From the NCBI GenBank assembly GCA_963736855.1, contig CAVTQK010000017.1:1-64000 (forward strand): DNA of 64,000 nucleotides. The letters are read 5' to 3'. Position 1 is the first letter of the stretch, and each line of letters begins with the position of its first letter. The notes below the pieces were generated by a model. It searched no databases. It was not told the origin of the DNA and saw only the letters and a program-made list of their open reading frames with translations. The DNA is from an uncultured delta proteobacterium. GTDB taxonomy: Bacteria > Desulfobacterota > Desulfobacteria > Desulfobacterales > UBA2156. Both the position numbers and the translations under genes were made by a program. Of this stretch, positions 1-10,901 are shown in pieces.

Positions 1-6
1 GGCCGG

Positions 7-1029
7 TTGATTCCGGTCCTGGGATTGTCGGCCACACCTTCAGCCGACGGCAAAACCTGGACCATCCGACTTTCGCGAAGGCGTATCCTTTCAAGACGGC
101 ACTCCGTTCAATGCCGATGCCGTGGTCCAGCACTGGCAGCGTGTCTTGAATCCGGAAAACCGCTTTGGCGCCCTGATACTCCTTCGTCCCATCACATCGG
201 TTGAAAAAATCGGTGACTATGAAGTGCGCTTCGACCTGGCTCACCCCTGGCTGTCGTTTACGACCTCGCTGGCCTCACCATTCGGATTTGCGGCCTTGAT
301 TCCCTCCCCCAAGGCTGTGGCGGACGATGTCCAGAATCGCGCGCCCGTGGGCACGGGCCCTTTTGTTTTGAAGGAATGGAAGAGCGGTGATCGGATCATT
401 CTGACCCGCAATCCCCATTACTGGCAAACTGGAAAACCCTACCTGGACGAAATCGTCCTGCGGACCATTCTGGACCACGAGACCCGGTATGCAGCCGCCG
501 TTTCCGGCCAGGTGGACGTGATGATTACCGACCGCCCCAATCATGTCAAGAGTCTGACCGAAAATCCGAAATTCACCGCCATTCTCCGTGAGCCCGCCGG
601 TGCCTATATACTGGCTTTGAACACATCAAAGCCCCCCCTGAACGACGCAAGGGTTCGCCGCGCCATCGCGTATGCCTGGGATCAGGAGAAATACCTGAAA
701 GCCTCCTACAAGAATATCATGAAATATACCGAAACCTGGTATGGGGATGCACTCAGTTGCGACGAAACCGGATACCTGCATCCTGACCTGGAAAAAGCAA
801 AAGCCTTGATCGCCGAATATGGAAAACCCGTGGCGGTGACATACCATCACTCGCCGACAGTCCGGGGACGCGAAACCGGAGAGATGCTGCAGCAGATGCT
901 TAAACCCATCGGTGTCGGCGTGACACTGGTTCCCGCGGACTGGGCCGCAATTACCAAGCAAATATTCAGCAAAGAGTATGACATTGCTACATGGAGCATT
1001 CGGGCTCGGATGAAATTGAACCATACACA
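7..1029 (+). pseudogene. ABC transporter substrate-binding protein (family 5, DppA/OppA-like), first, frameshifted and truncated copy
   Basis: ORFs 7..204 and 122..1114 together give the family-5 motifs (SADGKTWTIRL, PVGTGPF, LNTSKPPLND.RVRRAIAYA). There are indels near 70-95 and 990-1010. The copy breaks off at ~1029 where the sequence restarts, and its 5' end lies outside the window. Confidence 0.75.
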
Positions 1030-2048
1030 TTCCGGTCCTGGGATTGTCGGCCACACCTTCAGCCGATGGCAAAACCTGGACCATTCGACTCCGCGAAGGC
1101 GTATCCTTTCATGACGGCACCCCGTTCAATGCCGATGCCGTGGTCCATCACTGGCAACGTATTTTGAATCCGGAAAACCGCTTTAGCGCCCTGATACTCC
1201 TTCGTCCCATCACATCGGTTGAAAAAACCGGTGACCATGAAGTGCGGTTCCACCTGGCTCATCCCTGGCTGTCGTTTACCGCCTCGCTGGCATCACCACA
1301 CGGATTGGCGGCCTTGATTCCCTCCCCCAAGGCTGTGGCGGACGATGTCCAGAATCGAGCGCCGGTGGGCACAGGCCCTTTTGCTTTCAAGGAATGGAAG
1401 AGCGGTGATCGCATCATTCTGACCCGGAATCTCCATTACCGGCAGGCGGGAAAACCCTACCTGGATGAGATCGTCCTGCGGACCATCCTGGATCACGAAA
1501 CCAGGTATGCGGCGGCCCTCTCCGGCCAGGTGGACCTGATGATTACCGACCGGCCCAATCATGTCAAGAGCCTGACCGAAAACCCGAAATTCGCTGCCAT
1601 TCTCCGTGAGCCCGCCGGTGCCTATATACTGGCTTTGAACACATCAAAGCCCCCCCTGAACGACGTGCGGGTTCGCCGTGCCATTGCATATGCATGGGAT
1701 CAGGAAAAATACTTGAAAGCCTCCTACAAGAATATCATGAAATATACTGAAAACTGGTATGGTGAGGCACTCAGTTGCGACGAAACCGGGTATCTGCATC
1801 CTGATCTGGAAAAAGCCAAGGCCTTGATTGCCGAATATGGAAAACCCGTGGAGGTGACATACCATCACTCGCCGACGGTCAGGGGACGCGAAACCGGAGA
1901 GATGTTACAGCAGATGCTCAAACCCATCGGGGTCAGCGTGACACTGGTTCCCGCGGACTGGGCCGCGATTACCAAGCAAATATTCAGCAAAGAGTATAAC
2001 ATTGCCACATGGGGCATTCTGGGCGCGGATGAAATTGAACCATACACA
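10..2048 (+). repeat. Tandem duplication of ~1.02 kb (10-1029 and 1029-2048), diverged copies
   Basis: ATTCCGGTCCTGGGATTGTCGGCCACACCTTCAGCC occurs at 10 and 1029. GAAATTGAACCATACACA ends at 1029 and 2048. Many substitutions separate the copies. Confidence 0.9.
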
Positions 2049-2318
2049 CTGGCGGCGTTTCATTCCGAGAGCCCGTGGAATGTCACTCGATATGCGAATG
2101 AAGAACTCGATAAACTGCTTCTCGCTCTGCGCATGAGCATGGATCCGGCGGAGCGGAAAGCGAAGTTTTGCAGCATTGCCCGGCAAGTCAATCAGGATGC
2201 GCCGTTTCTTTATATTTGCGCGCCGATACACTACGCTTTTGCCGGCAAGGATCTTAAAAACCTGCCCAAGTGGCGGCACGGATTCCTTCCGCTCGCGGAT
2301 GTCTGGATAGACCGGTAG
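1044..2318 (+). CDS. ABC transporter substrate-binding protein (family 5), second copy, lacking its own N-terminus
   Basis: 424-aa ORF with LREGVSFHDGTPFNADAV and PVGTGPF motifs and a complete C-terminus. It has no signal peptide because it starts at the duplication junction. Confidence 0.85.
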   Translation: MSATPSADGKTWTIRLREGVSFHDGTPFNADAVVHHWQRILNPENRFSALILLRPITSVEKTGDHEVRFHLAHPWLSFTASLASPHGLAALIPSPKAVADDVQNRAPVGTGPFAFKEWKSGDRIILTRNLHYRQAGKPYLDEIVLRTILDHETRYAAALSGQVDLMITDRPNHVKSLTENPKFAAILREPAGAYILALNTSKPPLNDVRVRRAIAYAWDQEKYLKASYKNIMKYTENWYGEALSCDETGYLHPDLEKAKALIAEYGKPVEVTYHHSPTVRGRETGEMLQQMLKPIGVSVTLVPADWAAITKQIFSKEYNIATWGILGADEIEPYTLAAFHSESPWNVTRYANEELDKLLLALRMSMDPAERKAKFCSIARQVNQDAPFLYICAPIHYAFAGKDLKNLPKWRHGFLPLADVWIDR

Positions 2319-2401
2319 GGCCGCTGATTATCAGGTTGGTACGAAGCGCGATCCATCATAAAGAAGTTGAGATCGTTACCAAACCTAAATTGAGGTTTTA
2401 A

Positions 2402-3223
2402 ATGAGCCTATTGAGCATCGATCAAAAGAAATGCAAACAGGATGGGTTATGCGCGGCCGACTGCCCCATGGGGATCATTCAGTTCGAAGGAAAAGGAAAC
2501 TACCCGGAGATTTCGCCCGAAAGGGAGTCGATGTGCCTGCATTGCGGTCACTGCGTGGCGGTCTGTCCCCACGGTGCCCTGGATCATGCCGAGGTGCCAC
2601 TCGCTGCATGCAAGGCCATCGATAAGGCGCTCGTCATCTCGACGGGTCAGGCCGAACAATTCTTGCGCTCGCGCCGTTCGGTTCGGCGGTTCAAGGACAA
2701 GCCGGTGGAGCAAACCACATTGCGGCGGTTGATCGAGATCGCCCGCTATGCCCCGACGGCCATCAACTCGCAACTGGTGGAGTGGCTGGTAATCGACGAT
2801 CCGCAGCGGTTGCATGCCATCGCCGGTCAGGTGATCGACTGGATGCGGTCTTTACTGCAAGATCCGAAATCGCTGGTGATGCCTTACTACCCCTTGTTGG
2901 TGAATGCCTGGGAGGCCGGTATCGATTCGGTTCTCCGTTCTGCCCCCTGTCTGGTGGCGGCTATGGCACCGGGACCGGCGCCCAACCGCATGGTCGATCT
3001 GACCCTGGCGCTCAGCTACCTGGAGCTGGCCGCGCCCCAATATGGACTGGGGACTTGCTGGGCCGGTCTGCTGCAAGGCGCGATGCTCGCCAACCCTGCC
3101 CTGAAGCAGGCGGTGGGTATTCCCCAGGATTACCCTTTTCACTACCCGATGATGATCGGCTACGCCAAAGTGCGCTATTACCGGCTGCCCGAGCGCCAGG
3201 CGCCAAAGATTCACTGGCATTAG
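2402..3223 (+). CDS. Nitroreductase family protein with N-terminal 2x[4Fe-4S] ferredoxin domain
   Basis: CKQDGLCAADCP and CLHCGHCVAVCP motifs, followed by the nitroreductase motifs RSRRSVRRF, APTAIN and GLGTCWAG. Confidence 0.92.
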   Translation: MSLLSIDQKKCKQDGLCAADCPMGIIQFEGKGNYPEISPERESMCLHCGHCVAVCPHGALDHAEVPLAACKAIDKALVISTGQAEQFLRSRRSVRRFKDKPVEQTTLRRLIEIARYAPTAINSQLVEWLVIDDPQRLHAIAGQVIDWMRSLLQDPKSLVMPYYPLLVNAWEAGIDSVLRSAPCLVAAMAPGPAPNRMVDLTLALSYLELAAPQYGLGTCWAGLLQGAMLANPALKQAVGIPQDYPFHYPMMIGYAKVRYYRLPERQAPKIHWH

Positions 3224-3311
3224 CTATACTTACAATACTCTGAAAAGCTCAGTGAGGTGTTCCGGAATAAGAGGTCAAATCGATCTCAGATAACAATGGA
3301 GGCACAAACCC

Positions 3312-3968
3312 ATGTCTTCGGATCAGCAGAAAGGTTTTGGGCAGCGTTTTTTTGACGCACTTACTCTTCCGTGGGTGGACAAAACCATTGCCGTTCTGGC
3401 GGTGCTGCCGTTTGCTTATAATATTTTTCGCATCATCAAGAGCGGCCAAATGAATCTCAGCCGCGCCTCAATAGTGATTCAGTTTTTTATCATCATCATA
3501 ACGATGGTTATGCGCACCACACCGGTTCGCGTCACACCCAATCCGTGGTATTGGTTGCTGGCATTCGGAGTTACTTATTTCGGACTTTTCGTCGCTATAT
3601 TTGCCGAGAGAGGAACTGCCCTTCTCCCTGATGTGGTCTCGAATTCCATATCAATACTTGCCCTGGTTGTAGCTGTGTATGCACGTCTCAGTTTGGGGCG
3701 CAGCATCGGTTTTGTCCCGGCTCAACGGGATATCATCACGCGCGGCGCGTACCGGTTCGTCCGTCATCCGATCTATACAGGACTGATCCTCTCTTACGTT
3801 GGATTCTCGCTTCACATGTTCTCGCCACGCAATGTGATGATGTCGCTCATTGTTATCGCCTTAATCGTGTTGAAGAGCTTCATAGAGGAGGGTTTCCTTC
3901 GGGAAGTCCCGGATTATACCGATTACCTTGGCCGCGTACGATGGCGGTGGTTTCCAGGTTTGGCATAA
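3312..3968 (+). CDS. Isoprenylcysteine carboxyl methyltransferase (ICMT/PEMT)-family membrane protein
   Basis: Hydrophobic protein with GAYRFVRHPIYTG and EEGFL...Y..Y...VRWR signatures. Confidence 0.85.
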   Translation: MSSDQQKGFGQRFFDALTLPWVDKTIAVLAVLPFAYNIFRIIKSGQMNLSRASIVIQFFIIIITMVMRTTPVRVTPNPWYWLLAFGVTYFGLFVAIFAERGTALLPDVVSNSISILALVVAVYARLSLGRSIGFVPAQRDIITRGAYRFVRHPIYTGLILSYVGFSLHMFSPRNVMMSLIVIALIVLKSFIEEGFLREVPDYTDYLGRVRWRWFPGLA

Positions 3969-4073
3969 AACATATATCGGAGGGAAGGGGTCAGGTTTTT
4001 AAAAAAACAGCGCCGGAAAAGACCGGTTTTCCGACACTGAAAACCGGCTGTACTTTGAAATGATTCTCAACAG

Positions 4074-5423
4074 ATGCCCGACGAGGCCAGCATGAATCAA
4101 CCTCCCGCACATTCTTTCAATGCACTTGTGGCCCATTATCTGGGAGAACAACTGCCGGAGCAGATGGCCGCTGCCATCTCTTTCCCGGCATTGCCCACTG
4201 ATGTAAAACGCTTCATCTCGCGCATGCTTATCCTCATGCAAAAAGCCGATTTCCCGGCAACGGACTTCACCCCCACGCTCATCTGGCAGCTTGCCAACAT
4301 CATTCCCGGGTTTCTGCCCTGTGCATGGAGCGGCCAAGTGCCGCCGTTGACGCTCCCTAAGCGCAACGCAAAAATCGATTCCTATGTTGTCAAACATACC
4401 TGGCCTGACGGGCTGGCCAATCCCGTGTTTGTCGATATGGGCTGCGGTTTTCCGCCGATCACTACCACGGATTCGGCGGCAGCACTTTCAGGTTGGCGCG
4501 TTTTCGGTGTCGATCGATCCTTTTTCGACTATGTGGTCCATGAAGACGACGGCAATTATGCCTGTTTCAACGGGCAGGGGGCGTTTCAGTATTTTCAGCC
4601 CAAAATGGACCGTGCCGGGATCCGGATGTACCAGAATCCGGCGGAAGTCCGTTTGCGATTCGAGAGGATCTTCGATGATCTTCATCTCCTGTTATCCAAG
4701 GCGACGGATCAGACCAGTGAAACCGTGGAGAAGAACGGACACACACTCATTCACCATCCTATTCGAAATTATGAAGCACCCAACCTCACGTTTATTGAGT
4801 CGGAGATGGAAGACGCACAGGTCCCTCCCGCACACGTCATCCGGTGCATGAACACCCTCATTTACTTTGAGCCGGAAACCCGGCAACGCATGCTGGTGCA
4901 GGCCGGGGCACTGCTCGCCGATAGCGGCATCCTGATTGTGGGCGCCAATCTGATGAGCGGCGCCGGTTGCCGTTATGCTGTCTATAAAAGAGACAACCGG
5001 TCCATTGAACCGACGGAATTTGCCTTGAGTCTGGACAATCTCAGACCCATCGGCGTCATGCCGTGGTACACCCTGCATGATGATGACCCCGAGGCGATGC
5101 TGCTTGCGGATGTGATCCGGCAGGTCCGCGCCGACCGACCATTCTGGCGGGTATTCACAGAACGCTTGGACGAGTTGATGGCACACTATGGCCTGTTTCA
5201 GCGCCACAGCAATGGATTCCTCTATGCCTCGGAAGATGTGGAGCCGGCAGCGGATTTCGCGCAAAGGGCGTCCCAACTTTGGCGGCAGGTCGAGGAAGAA
5301 GGCTTTACCGATGGAGCCGTGGATGCACTGAATCGCGCAGGATACGCGGCTTGGAAAAATCCGGTGGGAGACATTGCAATCCGGCCGAATTCTTGCCCTC
5401 TCAACCTTCCGGACCGAGAATAA
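4074..5423 (+). CDS. Hypothetical protein with class I SAM-dependent methyltransferase (CheR-like) motifs
   Basis: 449-aa ORF. VFVDMGCG resembles motif I, and VIRCMNTLIYFE...GILIVG resembles the CheR C-terminal motif. Confidence 0.6.
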   Translation: MPDEASMNQPPAHSFNALVAHYLGEQLPEQMAAAISFPALPTDVKRFISRMLILMQKADFPATDFTPTLIWQLANIIPGFLPCAWSGQVPPLTLPKRNAKIDSYVVKHTWPDGLANPVFVDMGCGFPPITTTDSAAALSGWRVFGVDRSFFDYVVHEDDGNYACFNGQGAFQYFQPKMDRAGIRMYQNPAEVRLRFERIFDDLHLLLSKATDQTSETVEKNGHTLIHHPIRNYEAPNLTFIESEMEDAQVPPAHVIRCMNTLIYFEPETRQRMLVQAGALLADSGILIVGANLMSGAGCRYAVYKRDNRSIEPTEFALSLDNLRPIGVMPWYTLHDDDPEAMLLADVIRQVRADRPFWRVFTERLDELMAHYGLFQRHSNGFLYASEDVEPAADFAQRASQLWRQVEEEGFTDGAVDALNRAGYAAWKNPVGDIAIRPNSCPLNLPDRE

Positions 5424-5435
5424 AGGCTGTATTTC

Positions 5436-6389
5436 ATGACATTCCTCCGGCGAAAGCTGCTTCATTTTTTCTTGACCGTTCTGATTGTCTCGGCAATCAC
5501 CTTTGCCATGATCGATCTTCTGCCCGGCGACGCGGCCATCGTGTTCACCGGCCCGGAGGCGTCGGTCGAAACCGTTGCGGCGATCCGGCATGAAATGGGT
5601 TTGGACGCCCCTGCCATCGTGCGCTATTTTCACTGGATCGGGCGTGCCGTAAGCGGTGATCTTGGTGTGTCCATGGTCACACAGGAACCGGTGTGGGATG
5701 CCCTGGTGGTGCGATTGCCCGTCACCCTCGAACTGCTGCTGTTTGCCCAGTTGATGGCGCTGTCTCTGGCGATCCCGGCGGCCATGATCTGCGCGAGAAA
5801 GCCAGGTGGTACGGTCGACAGGATTTTGACCACTGCCGGTTTCGCATCCCTTTCCATTCCGAATTTCGTGATGGCCATCCTTCTCGTCTTCTTTTTCGTT
5901 CTGCGCCTCAGGTGGCTGCCGGCAACCAGCTTTGCGCCTCTTTCCGACGGGCTGGCGGCGAACGTGCGAAGCCTGCTTCTTCCCGGCCTGAGCATAGCGC
6001 TGGTGGAGTGGGTCATCCTCTTTCGGGTCCTTCGCAGTGATCTCATTACCACCCTGGGGGAGGACTTCATCCTCATGGCACGCTCGAAAGGACTGAGCAG
6101 CGCCCAGGTCCTGTTCCGGCACGCCCTCCGCCCTTCCTCTCTCAACCTGCTTACGGTCATCGGGCTCCAGATGGGCCACCTCATCGGCGGGGCCCTTGTT
6201 GTGGAAACGATTTTCGCCCTGCCGGGCATCGGTCGGCTCCTTGTAACGGCCATCTACTCGCGGGACATTTTCATGATACAGGGGTGTGCGCTCTGGATCA
6301 CCCTCGGATATGTGAGCATCAACCTGCTCGTGGACGTCTTGTATGCCGTCTTGGACCCGCGCATACGACTGGAGCGCGTCAATGCCTGA
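5436..6389 (+). CDS. Peptide/nickel ABC transporter permease (DppB/OppB-like)
   Basis: LLPGDAA, GDLGVS, EAA loop (MARSKGLS), ETIFALPGIG and LYAVLDPRI. Confidence 0.93.
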   Translation: MTFLRRKLLHFFLTVLIVSAITFAMIDLLPGDAAIVFTGPEASVETVAAIRHEMGLDAPAIVRYFHWIGRAVSGDLGVSMVTQEPVWDALVVRLPVTLELLLFAQLMALSLAIPAAMICARKPGGTVDRILTTAGFASLSIPNFVMAILLVFFFVLRLRWLPATSFAPLSDGLAANVRSLLLPGLSIALVEWVILFRVLRSDLITTLGEDFILMARSKGLSSAQVLFRHALRPSSLNLLTVIGLQMGHLIGGALVVETIFALPGIGRLLVTAIYSRDIFMIQGCALWITLGYVSINLLVDVLYAVLDPRIRLERVNA

Positions 6390-6416
6390 GGGCGGTATAG
6401 GGGAAGGAGGAAAGCC

Positions 6417-7274
6417 ATGACCTCCCGCTTGCTGACCTTCTGGATACCGCTGACATGGCTCCTTCTCGTGACTCTCTGTGCCGTCACGGCCGGATGGATG
6501 CCCTTACCTGCACCCGACATCATGGACTGTGACCATCAGAACGCATCGCCGGGGACCGTGGTCATAATGCCGGAGACCACGGCCGGGGCAGTGTCCGGAA
6601 CCGAGAGCCATGTCTACTGGCTCGGCACGGACTCCATGGGACGAGACATACTTTCCCGGGTCATCATAGGGGCCAGGGTATCGCTGGCGGTGGGGGTCAC
6701 CGCCCCTCTCATCGGCCTGGTCATCGGCGGGTTATTGGGCATGATGGCAGGATATTTCCGCGGCTTTACGGAATCCATCATTATTGGATTCATGAATGTG
6801 GTCCTGGCCTTTCCGGGACTCGTTCTGCTGCTGGCCGTGGGTTTTTATTTCGGCACCAACCTGTGGACATTGATCCCGTCTCTGGGGTTTCTCTCGGTTC
6901 CGGCCTTCTGCCGGGTTTCCCGGGCAGCTACATTGCAGCTGGCCGGCCGGGAGTTCGTGATCGCCGCCAAAATGATCGGGAACAACAATAGCGCCATCCT
7001 GGTCAGGGAAATCCTTCCCAATGTAGCCATTCCCCTTTGCGTCTACGGGCTGATCATCATGGCTCTGATGATTGTGGTGGAAGGTGTGTTGAGCTTCCTG
7101 GGCCTGAGCGTGCCGCCGCCGACACCGAGTTGGGGCGGGATGATCGCCGCGGGGCGGGAGGTGCTCAGCGAAGCCCCCCATGTGTGTCTGATCCCGGCGA
7201 CGGTCCTTTTCCTTACCGTGGTGTCGCTCAATGTACTGGGCGATACCTTACGTGGATGGACCCGGCCGCTATGA
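6417..7274 (+). CDS. Peptide/nickel ABC transporter permease (DppC/OppC-like)
   Basis: WLGTDSMGRDILSR, EILPNV, LSFLGL and PTPSWGGMI. Confidence 0.93.
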   Translation: MTSRLLTFWIPLTWLLLVTLCAVTAGWMPLPAPDIMDCDHQNASPGTVVIMPETTAGAVSGTESHVYWLGTDSMGRDILSRVIIGARVSLAVGVTAPLIGLVIGGLLGMMAGYFRGFTESIIIGFMNVVLAFPGLVLLLAVGFYFGTNLWTLIPSLGFLSVPAFCRVSRAATLQLAGREFVIAAKMIGNNNSAILVREILPNVAIPLCVYGLIIMALMIVVEGVLSFLGLSVPPPTPSWGGMIAAGREVLSEAPHVCLIPATVLFLTVVSLNVLGDTLRGWTRPL

Positions 7275-8293
7275 AGAACAAGATGAGCACGAGCACACCG
7301 GATTCGGCCGCACCCCTTCTCTCTGTGGCGGACCTGAGCGTCCAGATCGATACCCGAAAGGGCCTGGTGCGCCCGGTGGACCGTGTGTCGTTTTCCCTCT
7401 CTTCCGGTCGGACCCTCGGTATCGTTGGCGAGTCCGGGTGTGGTAAAACGATGCTCTGCCGCGCTCTGATCCGCCTCCTGCCGCCGGAGGGGCATATCGC
7501 ACAGGGCGCGGAGATGCGATTCAACGGAATCGATATGAGAGCACTTTCGGAAAAGTCCCTGAGCCGCATCAGGGGCCGGGATATGGCCATGGTTTTCCAG
7601 AACCCGATGACTTCCCTGAACCCTGTCATGCGCGTGGGAAAACAGATAGGTGAGAACCTGCGTCTGCACACCGCCACAGCACGAAAAGACGTACGTGACG
7701 CCACGGTGAACTTCCTCCGCCAGGTGGGAATGCCTCATCCGGATCGATATGTGGACTGCTACCCTCATCAGCTCTCGGGCGGCATGCGCCAGCGGGTAGT
7801 GATCGCGATTGCCCTGTGCTGCCGGCCCAAACTGCTCATTGCCGACGAGCCCACTACGGCGCTGGATGTAACCGTTCAGGCGGAGATTCTGAGACGTTTC
7901 GACCGGCTGCAAGGCGAATCCGGCATGGCCATCATCCTGGTCACCCATAATCTGGCCATTGCCGCCAACCACACGGACGAGGTGGCTGTCATGTATGGGG
8001 GCAAAATCGTCGAGCATGCCCCGACCGGCGTGTTGTTCAGCCGGATGCGCCACCCCTACACCCGGACCCTCATGGGCGCCGTCCCCCGTTTGGACGCATC
8101 CACGGGCGAACCCTTCAGGACTATCGAAGGACAGCCGCCGGATCTGACAAATCCGCCCAGAGGATGTGTTTTTGCCGACCGGTGTCCGTCTGCTCGCCTT
8201 ATTTGCCGGCGAGAAGCGCCACCGCTGACAGGCGGCGACAACAGCGATCACCGGTTCGCCTGTTTCTTCCCCCTCGATCACGGGCTGGACTAA
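7271..8293 (+). CDS. Peptide ABC transporter ATP-binding protein (DppD-like)
   Basis: Walker [30 protein letters not shown] and a C-terminal Cys cluster. The ATG at 7271 overlaps the upstream stop. Confidence 0.93.
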   Translation: MKNKMSTSTPDSAAPLLSVADLSVQIDTRKGLVRPVDRVSFSLSSGRTLGIVGESGCGKTMLCRALIRLLPPEGHIAQGAEMRFNGIDMRALSEKSLSRIRGRDMAMVFQNPMTSLNPVMRVGKQIGENLRLHTATARKDVRDATVNFLRQVGMPHPDRYVDCYPHQLSGGMRQRVVIAIALCCRPKLLIADEPTTALDVTVQAEILRRFDRLQGESGMAIILVTHNLAIAANHTDEVAVMYGGKIVEHAPTGVLFSRMRHPYTRTLMGAVPRLDASTGEPFRTIEGQPPDLTNPPRGCVFADRCPSARLICRREAPPLTGGDNSDHRFACFFPLDHGLD

Positions 8294-8295
8294 AG

Positions 8296-9330
8296 ATGAC
8301 AGAACCCCATCCAGCTGAGACTGCCCCAGTTCTCGATATCAGGGACATCCACGTCTCCTTCAACATAGGGCGCAAACAGACCGTTCACGCCGTATCCGGC
8401 GTCAGTTTCGAAATAGATCGGAAGGAAACCCTCGGACTGGTCGGCGAGTCGGGGTGCGGCAAATCCAGCCTTGCCCGCGCCATTGTACAACTTCCTCCGC
8501 CGACATCGGGTCATGTGCTCCTGGCTGGCCGCGATCTGACCGCGATGGATGCCGGGTACCTCAGGGCCATCCGCTCCAGGATTCAGATGGTGTTTCAGGA
8601 CCCTGTCTCCTCCCTGAACCCGGGTCGCCGGATCGGACGATCCATTGCCGAGCCGCTCCGTGTTATGGGCGTAAAGGACAAAGCCGAGATCACATCCCGA
8701 GTTCGGAGAATGATGGTCGCCGTCGGACTTGACCCAGGACAGCATGAGGATCAGGTTCCAGGTCGGCTCTCCGGCGGTCAGTGCCAGCGTGTGAGCATTG
8801 CACGGGCCCTGATGACACGCCCCGATGTGCTGATCTGTGATGAACCGGTTTCAGCCCTGGATGTATCCGTCCAGGCCCAGATCCTCAATTTGCTGAATAA
8901 GATCAAAGCAGATTTCGGTCTCGCCATGCTGTTCATCTCGCACGATCTCGCGGTGGTCAAAAGGGTATCCGACCGGGTGGCGGTCATGTATCTGGGGGCA
9001 GTTTGCGAACTGGCCCCGGTGGAAGCGATCTATTCCCGTCCGGCCCATCCCTATACGGCGGCTCTGCTCAACGCCATTCCACAACCGCTTCCCGGAAACC
9101 GGCGTTTGGCCGACATCACGGTGCCCAATGATTTCTCCTCATCCATCGGCCCGCCTTCCGGATGCCGCTTTCATCCCCGCTGCCCGCGAATGAAAGCCCC
9201 TTGCGCCGAACAACCGCCACTGATGTCGGAAGTTGAGAACGGACATCATGTGGCATGCCATTTCCCCCTGTCAGCACTGGGTCGCGGAATTCGCAGCGAG
9301 CGCGCCTTGTCAGTGATTTTTAACGATTGA
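8296..9330 (+). CDS. Peptide ABC transporter ATP-binding protein (DppF-like)
   Basis: GESGCGKS, LSGGQCQR, CDEPVSALD and PSGCRFHPRCP. Start set to the ATG at 8296. Confidence 0.93.
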   Translation: MTEPHPAETAPVLDIRDIHVSFNIGRKQTVHAVSGVSFEIDRKETLGLVGESGCGKSSLARAIVQLPPPTSGHVLLAGRDLTAMDAGYLRAIRSRIQMVFQDPVSSLNPGRRIGRSIAEPLRVMGVKDKAEITSRVRRMMVAVGLDPGQHEDQVPGRLSGGQCQRVSIARALMTRPDVLICDEPVSALDVSVQAQILNLLNKIKADFGLAMLFISHDLAVVKRVSDRVAVMYLGAVCELAPVEAIYSRPAHPYTAALLNAIPQPLPGNRRLADITVPNDFSSSIGPPSGCRFHPRCPRMKAPCAEQPPLMSEVENGHHVACHFPLSALGRGIRSERALSVIFND

Positions 9331-9472
9331 TTCATGAATCTTTATTTGGTAGACATCGGTAAACGTTGGATTTGAGCTGTGGGAAAGGCGGCAATTTTTT
9401 ACCTGACCGGATGCGGCAGGTTCGATTAAAAAGGCCTTCTCCAAGCCAACACTTTCAGAGGAAAGGAGTATC

Positions 9473-9907
9473 ATGGCGGGGATAAACAAAGCGATCCTCA
9501 TTGGGAATTTAGGAAGGGATCCTGAGATCCGTTACACACCCAACGGTATGGCTGTAGCCAATTTCAGCATCGCCACCACCGAGAATTGGATCAAAAAGGA
9601 CGGCGGTAAGGAGACCCGGACGGAATGGCACCGTATCGTGGCGTTCGGAAAGTTGGGCGAAATCTGCGGTCAGTATCTTTCCAAAGGAAAACAAGTCTAT
9701 ATCGAGGGACGCATTCAGACCCGGGAATGGGAAGACCGAGACAAAAACAAGCGCTATACAACAGAAATTGTCGCTTCGCAGATGCAAATGTTGGGAGCCA
9801 AGGGTCTGGAAGAAAAGGGGGATTCATCCATTTCTTCTTCCCCGGGCGGCCCGGACATTCCCGACCTGCCCGGTCCCGGGACAGAGAACAACGACATTCC
9901 TTTTTAA
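9473..9907 (+). CDS. ssb: Single-stranded DNA-binding protein
   Basis: [22 protein letters not shown] and C-terminal DIPF. AGGAG RBS. Confidence 0.97.
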   Translation: MAGINKAILIGNLGRDPEIRYTPNGMAVANFSIATTENWIKKDGGKETRTEWHRIVAFGKLGEICGQYLSKGKQVYIEGRIQTREWEDRDKNKRYTTEIVASQMQMLGAKGLEEKGDSSISSSPGGPDIPDLPGPGTENNDIPF

Positions 9908-10089
9908 ACCGTCACATTAAAGGAAATCGGTGTCCATTGTAAGGCTATTCGAAGAGCCGACAGCCGGATGCAGGTTCCGGCTGCTAAGGTGATGTTTTCA
10001 ATGGCGATGATGGAGATCTGATGAATCGGCTCACGTCTTGGGGATGAATTCAGAGATCAAATGTCGGAATATCGATGAAAAACGGATTG

Positions 10090-10272
10090 TTATGAGTTCT
10101 TTTTTTCTTCGACCTTCTTCGGTTCTTCCTTGTCCGTTTCAGCGGTTGCTTTTTTGAAATTTCGGATCCCTTTTCCGATCCCGGCGCCGATTTCCGGCAA
10201 TTTACCGGCTCCGAAAATGATCAGCACAATGATCAGAATAATCAACAGTTCCCAGTGTCCTATCCCAAACAT
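10090..10272 (-). CDS. tatA: Twin-arginine translocase subunit TatA/E
   Basis: [36 protein letters not shown]. Confidence 0.95.
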   Translation of the reverse strand: MFGIGHWELLIILIIVLIIFGAGKLPEIGAGIGKGIRNFKKATAETDKEEPKKVEEKKNS

Positions 10273-10281
10273 GTGTTCCTC

Positions 10282-10776
10282 CTATTCATGGGGATTGATT
10301 TGCCGCAATTCATTCAAGAGCCTGACAAATTCCGACGATTTCAGATATCGGTCCACTGCACCCTGGTAATCGATCCAGGCTTTCCAGGATTGAATCCATA
10401 AATCGTTATGCCAGTAGCAATCCGGGTCTCCTTTTCCCTTGAGCCGTTCGATGAAATCGACGTATTCTTCGGAACAGCTCTCGCAGAACCGGTAAGGGAC
10501 GCGCGGGTTCACAGGTGATACGGTTCGGGCTGAAGAATGGTCGATTTGTGTCCCGCATTTCTCGCATTTTATCGCACAGTGAGTGCACTGAAAAACCTTC
10601 CGGACCGCCAGGATCTTTTGACGCTTCATGATTTCGGCTTTCTGTTTTTCCGAAAGCCTGATTTTTTCCTCGATGGAGATGATATCAGCCACGGGCAACT
10701 CATTTCCTTCTATGAATATTGGGTTTAAAATACCACCCGGCAAGTCCAGTGTCAATTGTTTCCATGGGGTTTTCAT
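10282..10776 (-). CDS. Hypothetical Cys-rich (putative zinc-binding) protein
   Basis: CTHC..KCEKC and CESC motifs. Co-oriented directly upstream of tatA. Start uncertain. Confidence 0.7.
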   Translation of the reverse strand: MKTPWKQLTLDLPGGILNPIFIEGNELPVADIISIEEKIRLSEKQKAEIMKRQKILAVRKVFQCTHCAIKCEKCGTQIDHSSARTVSPVNPRVPYRFCESCSEEYVDFIERLKGKGDPDCYWHNDLWIQSWKAWIDYQGAVDRYLKSSEFVRLLNELRQINPHE

Positions 10777-10901
10777 GCGATTATGGCAAGTTAGAATTCA
10801 CTGAAGGAAGGAGATTGCCGAAGCTGCTATATCCCATGAAAGAATGTCCCCTGCAGTTGCAACAACAGGGTGTCCTCTTCATCATCCGCAAATGAGAACA
10901 G

